A DNA stretch of 15,383 nt from Candidatus Micrarchaeota archaeon (GTDB lineage: Archaea > Iainarchaeota > Iainarchaeia > JAADDC01). The translations under genes and the position numbers were made by a program. Below the pieces are notes generated by a model that saw only the letters and a program-made list of their open reading frames with translations, was not told the origin of the DNA and made no database searches. Numbering within the stretch: the stretch's first letter is position 1; the number at the start of each line of letters is the position of its first letter. This document shows positions 8,460 through 15,383 of this stretch, in pieces. The stretch is taken from NCBI GenBank assembly GCA_027046625.1, contig JALTXX010000010.1:1-15383 (forward strand). Direction: 5' to 3'.

Positions 8460-8488
8460 GATGGGTGTGAACTCTTCAAACAATTTAA

Positions 8489-10183
8489 CTACCCCGTAGT
8501 AATTTCAACAGCTCCAGAGGTTGGTGTAATTAAGGCTACTGCTATATCCGTTAAGTAGTACACAATGAGCAGTCCTAACACAAGGATTACATAGTGGAAG
8601 GTTGCTCCCACCTTCAATCCACCGTCTAACACTTTTATCATAATAGATAGTATCACTGCTTCCACCGCAAAAATATACACCATCATATTAACCATGGGCC
8701 ATAGATTTACATTGAAATTCAGGGCAAAATTTATCATGGCTGCTGCTTCTCCCTCCATTATAGAAGCAAAGGTATTCTTTAGCATGTCAAACATGGAGGC
8801 TAATGCCTTGACAGCCAGAAACACACCCAACGCAACTCCCCAGTAGGTTCCATATATCATACCTCTTGCCCCTCCTGCCGTCTGGGATCTTAGCTTCCTT
8901 GCATCCAGCAAAACATGTAGCTGATCTCCAATAATGTTTCCTGTAGCCTTTGGATCTGCACCTGCATAAAGGGCTTTTACGAACAGCTCATTAAACTTTG
9001 TGAGTATGGCAGAACCTAACTCCTTAGAAAACAGTCTAAAGGAAGTAAATACATTCCTTGTAATGGCAAGTCTCCTGTATAATCGTTCTAGTGCTTCGTT
9101 CATCCCTAGATAAGTATGTCTCCTGAGTCTTCTTACAACGGGGATTACTGCTCCCTCCCTTATTTGTACCAGTTCACCAAAGGTTCGTATAAAGGGCAAG
9201 TATGACTGCTCCCTCCTTCTTATCAACATCTCCGCCCTCCTTGATAGGTATGCAGGAACGATAAGAGGCACTACAGTTAATGCAACAGTTATGATGGGAT
9301 CGAGTCCCATTAACAGTCCTGCAGCAAATACTATTAGGGATAGAACCACTCCTATGGCTGTAGCAATAATGGCAGTCATGTGTTCCGGAGATATGTCGGG
9401 AAAGTCATTTGCAAGCTTGTCTGGAGGCACGGAAGCCCTTGCAGCCACAAATATAACCACATTCACTAATAGAATGGAACCTGCGTAGGCTGCATACAGG
9501 TATACCTCAGGTACTGGAAAGAATATGGGTAGCATTGCTATAAACGCCAATATAAACGCTATGGCCACCATTAAAGCCGAAAATAGCTCTGCCACTGTAC
9601 TTATCTTGTATATGGATTCTTGGTACATAGTGTAAATACTTCTAAGTATGTCCCTGAACTGGGTTTGGAAGAATAACACCACATCCTCACCGTACTCCAC
9701 CACCTGAGACAACCTAGCCAGAAAATCAGAAAATACCGGAGATGGAGTTGTATCCGCTACTACTTTACAGGCCTTTGAATAACCCAGCTTCCAATCCTTA
9801 GCAAGGTGATACAACCTTTTCATCTCCTTGGATATCTCTCCAAACTCCTTTGTTTCTGCCATTGTACTAAAGAATTCATCATAACTTGTCTTTGAGGTGG
9901 CCATAGAGTTCATGAACACCACGAAGAAAGGGAAGTTCTTGTCTATATCCTCCTTTTTTACATAAAGAGGAATATTCATCGATAGTATTGCCAGCAATAA
10001 CGATAGCACAAGCAAAAACGGAATGAGAAAGATGATGAAGTCAAGAGAGAATATGCCCAGCTCTACAAATGGGTAAAGAAGCAGCATAAATACGATGAAG
10101 ATAGAAAACCACGCAATACCTATGTATACCACCAACTCCCTCAAGGAGGTTATACCCAGCGCGTGGATAAGTTTATCCATCAT
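8489..10183 (-). CDS. flaJ: Archaellum membrane platform protein ArlJ/FlaJ
   Basis: 564 aa polytopic membrane protein with two GspF/TadC-like cytoplasmic domains (FGEISKEMKRLYHLAKDWKLGYSKACK..TPSPVFSDFLARL; RRREQSYLPFIRTFG). ATGA overlap with the upstream ATPase. Confidence 0.92.
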   Translation of the reverse strand: MMDKLIHALGITSLRELVVYIGIAWFSIFIVFMLLLYPFVELGIFSLDFIIFLIPFLLVLSLLLAILSMNIPLYVKKEDIDKNFPFFVVFMNSMATSKTSYDEFFSTMAETKEFGEISKEMKRLYHLAKDWKLGYSKACKVVADTTPSPVFSDFLARLSQVVEYGEDVVLFFQTQFRDILRSIYTMYQESIYKISTVAELFSALMVAIAFILAFIAMLPIFFPVPEVYLYAAYAGSILLVNVVIFVAARASVPPDKLANDFPDISPEHMTAIIATAIGVVLSLIVFAAGLLMGLDPIITVALTVVPLIVPAYLSRRAEMLIRRREQSYLPFIRTFGELVQIREGAVIPVVRRLRRHTYLGMNEALERLYRRLAITRNVFTSFRLFSKELGSAILTKFNELFVKALYAGADPKATGNIIGDQLHVLLDARKLRSQTAGGARGMIYGTYWGVALGVFLAVKALASMFDMLKNTFASIMEGEAAAMINFALNFNVNLWPMVNMMVYIFAVEAVILSIMIKVLDGGLKVGATFHYVILVLGLLIVYYLTDIAVALITPTSGAVEITTG

Positions 10184-11808
10184 TCTATCACCACCGGGAA
10201 GGGGAGGCCTTCCAAGCCAAACTCTATATACCTACTTACCAACTCATACACCTTGAAGTAGTCCAAATATCCTCTCTCCACCATCTCCTTTAGTATGGCA
10301 GCTCTTGTTCTCAATTCCTGGTATACCTCCTCCTTTTCCATTCCAAGAGTGGGAGCTACCACCTCCTCTAATACATAGGAGTTATACCATGCCTTGAACT
10401 GATGGGTATCGGTTACCGGATCCCAGCTAAAGGCTTCCCTTGTTACAATACTACCAGTAGGCTGGTGATACCTCTCTATCTCTGAAATGGATATCATTCT
10501 CCTATAGTTTTTTCCTTCCCTCATAACAGACTGCTGAACTGCCACGATTTGAACATTGGGGATGTACTCCTTCGGTACATTTATGGGAGGACCTGATATT
10601 CTTCTTATAAAGGAATTAACGCTACCTGCGTGAAATGTGGACATAACGGGGTGACCTGTTTGCATAGCTTGAAATGCCACATATCCTTCTGCTCCTCTTA
10701 TCTCACCCACGATGATATAGTCTGGTCTAGCTCTAAGGGCTGCCTTGAGAAGGTCGAACATGTCTGCTCTTCCCTCTGCTGTCACAGTTCTTACCCAGTT
10801 CTCATGGGGCACATAAATCTCTGGTGTATCTTCAACGGAGTATATCCTTGCATGGGGTTCTATAAATGTTGTCAAAGCCTTTAATGTAGTTGTTTTTCCA
10901 GCAGCTGTCTCTCCACATATGAAGGCTGAAGAACCGGCCTCTATTGCTAGCCAGAAGTATGCGGCCTCCTCTGGGGATATAGTATTCCACTTTATAAGTT
11001 GAGTAACAGATATGGGAACCTTGGTAAACTTTCTAATGGTAAAGGATGGTCCCCTGATAGATATGTCCCTTGAAAATATTACATTTAACCTTGATCCGTC
11101 TGGCATGGCAGCATCCACAATGGGCCTAACCTCTGTGGCTGGTTTATTGAGCAGTTCTGTTAGCCTAAAGATAAAATCCTCCAGTTCTTCCTCATCCTTA
11201 AAAGACACATTAGTTTCCATGGATCCGAAGATTTTGTGTACTATCCATATGTTGTTAGTTCCTACACATGAGATATCCTCGATATAAGGGTCTCTCATAA
11301 ACACCTCTATGGTGGAATACTGGGCCAATTCCCTTATGAGTAGCTCCCTTATAAAACGTCGTTTCTCTTTTGGCACATAAACCTTACCAAGAAGTACTTC
11401 GTTCAATAATCTATTGAATCCCTCCTCGCTGTGCATAAGCTCTTCTGTAAGCTTTATAAGCAGGGATATAAACTCCTCCTGAGAGGTAGGTATCTTTTCC
11501 ATGAGAGAAACCTTGCTTGTAATGCGATCGTATAATCTCCTGAAGTACTGAAGGTCTTCTCTTGTGTAAGATGGTTCTATTGCAATGTATTTGGGATCTT
11601 CGCCTTCCTTTTTCATTATATGAACAAAGTATGGCTCTCCAACAGGGTATATAACATTTATCTCATCCATAACAGCTACCTTTAGATCCAAGGGTATCTC
11701 CGTTACAAATATTGGTCTCTTCCATGTTCTTTGCAGTCTGTTAACATATTCATTTAGGTGCGGGTTTCTCTTAAGTGCCCTTCTGAATGCGTCCTCCTCA
11801 TGTTTCAC
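10180..11808 (-). CDS. flaI: Archaellum motor ATPase ArlI/FlaI, copy 2
   Basis: NPHLNEY N-terminus, DPYIEDISC, Walker A GETAAGKTT, Asp box VEDTPEI, Walker B YIIVGEIRG, His box TGHPVMSTFH. GTG start overlaps the previous TGA. Confidence 0.93.
   Translation of the reverse strand: MKHEEDAFRRALKRNPHLNEYVNRLQRTWKRPIFVTEIPLDLKVAVMDEINVIYPVGEPYFVHIMKKEGEDPKYIAIEPSYTREDLQYFRRLYDRITSKVSLMEKIPTSQEEFISLLIKLTEELMHSEEGFNRLLNEVLLGKVYVPKEKRRFIRELLIRELAQYSTIEVFMRDPYIEDISCVGTNNIWIVHKIFGSMETNVSFKDEEELEDFIFRLTELLNKPATEVRPIVDAAMPDGSRLNVIFSRDISIRGPSFTIRKFTKVPISVTQLIKWNTISPEEAAYFWLAIEAGSSAFICGETAAGKTTTLKALTTFIEPHARIYSVEDTPEIYVPHENWVRTVTAEGRADMFDLLKAALRARPDYIIVGEIRGAEGYVAFQAMQTGHPVMSTFHAGSVNSFIRRISGPPINVPKEYIPNVQIVAVQQSVMREGKNYRRMISISEIERYHQPTGSIVTREAFSWDPVTDTHQFKAWYNSYVLEEVVAPTLGMEKEEVYQELRTRAAILKEMVERGYLDYFKVYELVSRYIEFGLEGLPFPVVIE
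10189..10221. repeat. 33-nt exact direct repeat, copy A (3' end of flaI copy 2)
   Basis: caccaccgggaaggggaggccttccaagccaaa, identical to 11814-11846. Confidence 0.95.
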
Positions 11809-13376
11809 TCTACCACCACCGGGAAGGGGAGGCCTTCCAAGCCAAAGTAGTAATACTTCTTTATGACATCAAACACATCTCCATACTTCCTGATCTCCTG
11901 TTTTCTCATCTCACTAAGTACGGCTGCTCTCTCATCAAGATCCTTGTAGATATCTCTCGGGTCTGCATACCCCTTGTAGAGGGCTATCTTGCTCTCAAGA
12001 ATATAGGAGTTGTATCTTCCCAGGAACTCTATCCTATCGTAAAGGGGGTCCCACCGAAACACCAACCTAGTCAGTATTCCCTTCCCCTCTTGGTATCCCT
12101 CTATCTCATACACACCCACAACTCTCCTTATAATCTGCCTCCCTCTCCTAAACGAGCGCTGAATAACTACCACATTCAGGTTTGTAATATAGGGGAGAGG
12201 GATATTAATAGGTGGGCCGCTCAGACGTTGTATAATTTTCTTTATATCTCCACCGTGAAACGTAGACATAACAGGGTGGCCTGTTTGCATTGCCTGGAAT
12301 GCTATATTACCTTCCTTCCCTCTTATTTCCCCTACAACAATGTAGTCTGGTCTTGATCTTAGAGATGCCTTGAGAAGATCGAACATGTCTGCCCTTCCTT
12401 CCCTTGCTACGGTTGCCTGCCAATTCTTATGCGGCACGAAAAGTTCTGGTGTATCTTCAACAGAGTATATCTTTGCATCTGGTTTGATAAATGCGGAGGC
12501 TGCTCTCATAGTTGTGGTCTTTCCTGAGGCTGTCGGACCGCAGAAGAATACACTCATACCATTTTCTATAACCAACCAAAGGTATGCAAGCAGCTCTGGG
12601 GAAGCTGTACCAAGCTCTAAAAGATGTATTACACTCATTGGATCTCTCTCTACCAATCTTATGGAAATAGAGGTACCTTCCTTGGAAACCTCTCTTCCAT
12701 ATATGATGTTTACTCTCGAACGTGTTTCTGGAAGGATTCCATCCACTATAGGGTGTGTAACGCTTACCCTCTTGTTCATCCTTAACCCTAATCTAAAGGC
12801 AAAGCTATCCACTTCTTCAAGGGAGGAGAACTCTATGTTAGATCTCATGTTACCCCAAACCTTGTGCACAACATAGGTATGTGTTCTCGCATTTCTCACA
12901 TCTTCAAGATAATCGTCCTTAAAGAAGCTGTCCCACATTTCGTAACCTATAATATTCTTCACCAGCATAAAGAAAACTGCATCTTTGTAGGATGGGTCAA
13001 GCTTTAACTGCTTAAAGGCTTCTTCCATAAGATTTCTGAGAATTTCTGGAGTGGGTTCGTGAGCTTTAACCTCCGAGGCCAGCTCCGTAACCTTTTCCAA
13101 TACCATTTCATATACTTCAGGTGCCTCCACTTTGGGTTCTATGAGATGGTAAATCAGTTCTCCTGTATCCCTATCACGGTAAACATGAACAAAAACGTCC
13201 TCAGATATGGGATAAATTATGTTTGGATCCCTTATCTTGGAGAGGTTTCTATCAAGCTCCTTGTAGAATGTAGGTCTACCGTATATTTTTGACATATTGG
13301 CAACATGGAGTCTTAGATGTGGATATTTTGAGAGAAGAGTATTAACTTCCGCCTCTGTCATCTTTTGTGCTACCAT
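11805..13376 (-). CDS. flaI: Archaellum motor ATPase ArlI/FlaI, copy 1
   Basis: YPHLRLH..PNIIYPISEDVFVHV FlaI-type N-terminus, Walker A GPTASGKTT, VEDTPEL, YIVVGEIRG, TGHPVMSTFH. Confidence 0.9.
   Translation of the reverse strand: MVAQKMTEAEVNTLLSKYPHLRLHVANMSKIYGRPTFYKELDRNLSKIRDPNIIYPISEDVFVHVYRDRDTGELIYHLIEPKVEAPEVYEMVLEKVTELASEVKAHEPTPEILRNLMEEAFKQLKLDPSYKDAVFFMLVKNIIGYEMWDSFFKDDYLEDVRNARTHTYVVHKVWGNMRSNIEFSSLEEVDSFAFRLGLRMNKRVSVTHPIVDGILPETRSRVNIIYGREVSKEGTSISIRLVERDPMSVIHLLELGTASPELLAYLWLVIENGMSVFFCGPTASGKTTTMRAASAFIKPDAKIYSVEDTPELFVPHKNWQATVAREGRADMFDLLKASLRSRPDYIVVGEIRGKEGNIAFQAMQTGHPVMSTFHGGDIKKIIQRLSGPPINIPLPYITNLNVVVIQRSFRRGRQIIRRVVGVYEIEGYQEGKGILTRLVFRWDPLYDRIEFLGRYNSYILESKIALYKGYADPRDIYKDLDERAAVLSEMRKQEIRKYGDVFDVIKKYYYFGLEGLPFPVVVE
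11814..11846. repeat. 33-nt exact direct repeat, copy B (3' end of flaI copy 1)
   Basis: Identical to 10189-10221. Confidence 0.95.
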
Positions 13377-13401
13377 CCTATGAATTATGGAGGATACCTC
13401 T

Positions 13402-14091
13402 TTAAGGAGGATACAGCTTCACTAGAGAGGATCTAAATACCTCCGGCACAAAGAATTCCACTGTAGACGTGCTACCATCATTTACAATAAGTTTAATTCT
13501 TACCTTATCACCAGGTAGTAACCCATCTGGTGGCATATAATATATTACTGCCAGCTGCTTTGGATATATGTGCAGATCGTCTTTCTCGTTGTTACATAAT
13601 ATCCATGCAACGGTATAGTATTCTCCACTAGTAAAGAGGGTATACTCCTCTGCCTTTCCCAGTTCGTTCCAGAACCCCTCAGTTATAATTTCAAACACTC
13701 TCCTGTCAGTATCTTCACACGGATCGCCCGGAGCGCTGTTATCTGCATCACTTGCATCCAAGAAAGTAGCTGACTTTATTACGTTATTCGTAGTGAATTC
13801 CAGTACTGTGTTTCTAAGATCCACAGGGTATCCACCCGAGGCTATGCGAACCGCTATCCTTAGAAGGCGAATTCTGTTGTAGGTGGGAGAGGATGTATTG
13901 GTATCCACAAATCCGTAAACACTATCTATGGTGAGCTTTCTCATAAATTTAGCTTGTGACTCTTTCTGGGTTATTTCTGCCTGGTTTTTCAGAGAGTTAG
14001 CAGCACTCAGTAACACCACGGCAGCTATAGAAGCAATCAACACGATCACAATGAATATTATGAGTGTCGAAATCCCTATATCTCCTCTCAT
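13402..14091 (-). CDS. flaB: Archaellin-family protein (minor archaellin-like), first gene of the operon
   Basis: MRG|DIGISTLIIFIVIVLIASIAAVVLLSAA class III N-terminus and VRIASGGYPVDL motif. Start moved from 14148 to ATG 14091 because a TATA box lies inside the longer ORF's 5' part; 14100 is an alternative start. Confidence 0.85.
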   Translation of the reverse strand: MRGDIGISTLIIFIVIVLIASIAAVVLLSAANSLKNQAEITQKESQAKFMRKLTIDSVYGFVDTNTSSPTYNRIRLLRIAVRIASGGYPVDLRNTVLEFTTNNVIKSATFLDASDADNSAPGDPCEDTDRRVFEIITEGFWNELGKAEEYTLFTSGEYYTVAWILCNNEKDDLHIYPKQLAVIYYMPPDGLLPGDKVRIKLIVNDGSTSTVEFFVPEVFRSSLVKLYPP

Positions 14092-14114
14092 CGCCCCCAT
14101 TAGGTTATGTAGTA

Positions 14115-14121
14115 TTTTAAA
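14115..14121 (-). promoter_or_regulatory. TATA box of the archaellum operon (leaderless)
   Basis: TTTAAAA on the minus strand, 23 nt before ATG 14091. Confidence 0.6.
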
Positions 14122-14137
14122 TGTGGGAATGTGAGTG

Positions 14138-14157
14138 TTACCATCCAAGGATGGTAA
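14138..14157. promoter_or_regulatory. Perfect inverted repeat, candidate transcription-factor operator
   Basis: TTACCATCC-AA-GGATGGTAA, between two divergent TATA boxes. Confidence 0.55.
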
Positions 14158-14164
14158 AGGTAAA

Positions 14165-14172
14165 TTTATATA
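14165..14172 (+). promoter_or_regulatory. TATA box of the PRTase-like gene (leaderless)
   Basis: TTTATATA after a purine-rich BRE-like stretch, 21 nt before ATG 14194. No SD. Confidence 0.65.
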
Positions 14173-14193
14173 CCTCCTCTCCCTTCATCCCAC

Positions 14194-15198
14194 ATGCACC
14201 TAAAAAAGGTGGAAGCAAAAGGGGCGTTACACGTTTTGGATGATCTATCTCCCTATGCATGGGAAAAACTAAGTAGGTTTGAGTATAATGGTAAAAAGGG
14301 TTTTGAGGGTGTGAAATCCTTCCTTATGGAAACACATGGGTATAGGAATGTAGTTTTTGAACCGTACGGAATATATAAGGCGATCACAGGGGCTCTCAAT
14401 TCTGTTATAAGAGATGTAAAACATAATGCATTCATCATAGTTGGCCGATCTGGCCTTGACCATATTCATAGAAAAGGAATTAGAGCGCCCTTTGAAGTAC
14501 ACAAAAAGAGAAAAAATATATTCTGGCTTAACGTCAAAAGAGAATCCCAGATAAATCCCGCTTCAAAAGATCCTATGTCAGCAGAGTTTCTGGCTGGAAT
14601 CCGTCACATTGTAACTCAGCTTCCCAAAAAGTCTAGAGTGTTTGTATTTGACGATATTATAAGAACAGGTAGTGTGATGAAGAACATTGCAAGGGCTTTG
14701 GCAGACTTTGCCCGCAAAGAGGGCAAGGAACCTCCTCAGGTTATACCGCTTTCTCTTATGGTAAGTGCACCTGCATTCATAGCGCGACATGATATCATAT
14801 CCAAGAAGGAGTTTAAGCAGGTAAGAAATATTAAGAAGCTCGCTGAAGACCTTTTCAAATACATAAATGTACATCACGGTATAATTCAAGGTAACAAAAA
14901 CAAGCTTCAAAAGGTGCTCCGCCAAGAGCATGGAATACCCACCAACAGGCTAAGTTCTATCATAAAGAAGTTCGAAAACATGCACGCACCCATAACAGGG
15001 ATAATATCTGATCATATCTATGTAAACACACTATCCCACGAGCTTAGCGACACGGTAGAAATGCTCCTGGAAAGGGGTAGCAGCGGAGACATTATAAACA
15101 AGCTAGCAGACATTGTTGCGGAGAGGGAGAACCGCCTAGAGCCACTAAAGGCAGAAACCAGAGAGTTTGTTATCATGGCACCTCGAACAAGGGTGTAA
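14194..15198 (+). CDS. Basic hypothetical protein with a type I phosphoribosyltransferase-like domain
   Basis: PRPP-binding-loop motif RVFVFDDIIRTGSVM and upstream AFIIVGRSG strand/loop. K/R/H-rich. Own promoter. Confidence 0.7.
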   Translation: MHLKKVEAKGALHVLDDLSPYAWEKLSRFEYNGKKGFEGVKSFLMETHGYRNVVFEPYGIYKAITGALNSVIRDVKHNAFIIVGRSGLDHIHRKGIRAPFEVHKKRKNIFWLNVKRESQINPASKDPMSAEFLAGIRHIVTQLPKKSRVFVFDDIIRTGSVMKNIARALADFARKEGKEPPQVIPLSLMVSAPAFIARHDIISKKEFKQVRNIKKLAEDLFKYINVHHGIIQGNKNKLQKVLRQEHGIPTNRLSSIIKKFENMHAPITGIISDHIYVNTLSHELSDTVEMLLERGSSGDIINKLADIVAERENRLEPLKAETREFVIMAPRTRV

Positions 15199-15205
15199 TT
15201 TAAAC
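15199..15205 (+). promoter_or_regulatory. Putative TATA box of the tRNA gene
   Basis: TTTAAAC about 36 nt before the mature tRNA 5' end. Confidence 0.5.
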
Positions 15206-15240
15206 ATTTTCTATCCCTTATCCAAACGGGGGGTTGGCAT

Positions 15241-15315
15241 AGCGGGGTGGAGCAGCCTGGAGTGCTCGCCGGGCTCATAACCCGGAGGTCGGTGGTTCAA
15301 ATCCACCCCCCGCTA
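15241..15315 (+). tRNA. Initiator tRNA-Met (CAT)
   Basis: Acceptor AGCGGGG/CCCCGCT with an A1-U72 pair, D-stem GAGC/GCTC, anticodon stem CCGGG/CCCGG with three G-C pairs, CAT at 15276-15278, T-arm GGTGG-TTCAAAT-CCACC. No intron; CCA not encoded. Confidence 0.97.
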
Positions 15316-15348
15316 CTCTTTCTTTCTCCTTTGGGGTTTCTCTTTCTC
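15316..15348 (+). terminator. Pyrimidine/T-rich terminator after the tRNA
   Basis: ctctttctttctccttt...tttctctttctc directly downstream. Confidence 0.5.
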
Positions 15349-15383
15349 ACCTAAACTCCTTTTAAACCATCGGCCCATAGGGT

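Noticed and set aside
14106-14111. TACATA (EarA-like site) on the minus strand
   Set aside because: A single hexamer downstream of the TATA; EarA sites are multiple and upstream.
9291-14134. Plus-strand ORFs overlapping flaJ, flaI and the archaellin-like gene
   Set aside because: Antisense shadows of well-supported genes.
14092-14148. N-terminal extension MDGNTHIPTFKILHNLMGA of the ORF-track archaellin
   Set aside because: It spans the TATA box and its ATG lies inside the palindrome; a leaderless start at 14091 fits better.
14253-15278. Minus-strand ORFs over the PRTase-like gene and tRNA
   Set aside because: Antisense overlaps with better-supported features.
14194-15383. PRTase-like gene as part of a tRNA-integrated island
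   Set aside because: No integrase and no tRNA 3' duplication in the window. CGN arginine codons (7/23) are only slightly raised.
1-15383. CRISPR array, IS element, intein or diversity-generating retroelement
   Set aside because: No regularly spaced repeats, transposase, intein motifs or reverse transcriptase seen. The flaI repeats do not show adenine-specific TR/VR-type variation.

Overview
Archaeal DNA (leaderless TATA promoters, GGAGGTGA-type Shine-Dalgarno sites, archaeal initiator tRNA-Met). A thermophilic DPANN-type lineage is plausible, but that is inference only. The window holds four things. (1) The 3' 5.5 kb of a giant modular surface protein with DUF2341, H-type-lectin-like, PA14, Ig-like and CARDB modules. 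(2) A rearranged archaellum locus: a separately promoted archaellin on +, and on - archaellin-like / arlI / arlI / arlJ, then archaellin-like / arlCDE / arlH. (3) A divergent PRTase-fold orphan. (4) tRNA-iMet. The most unusual signals are: about 4-fold enrichment of [D/E]-x-N in the surface protein with no enrichment of the canonical N-x-S/T sequon; two intact tandem ArlI motor ATPases with a single ArlJ and ArlH and no recognisable arlF/arlG; an identical 33-nt hairpin+SD element ending both arlI genes; nested lectin cassettes in the giant protein; and a perfect 20-bp palindrome between divergent promoters. All domain calls are by motif recognition and all counts are manual.
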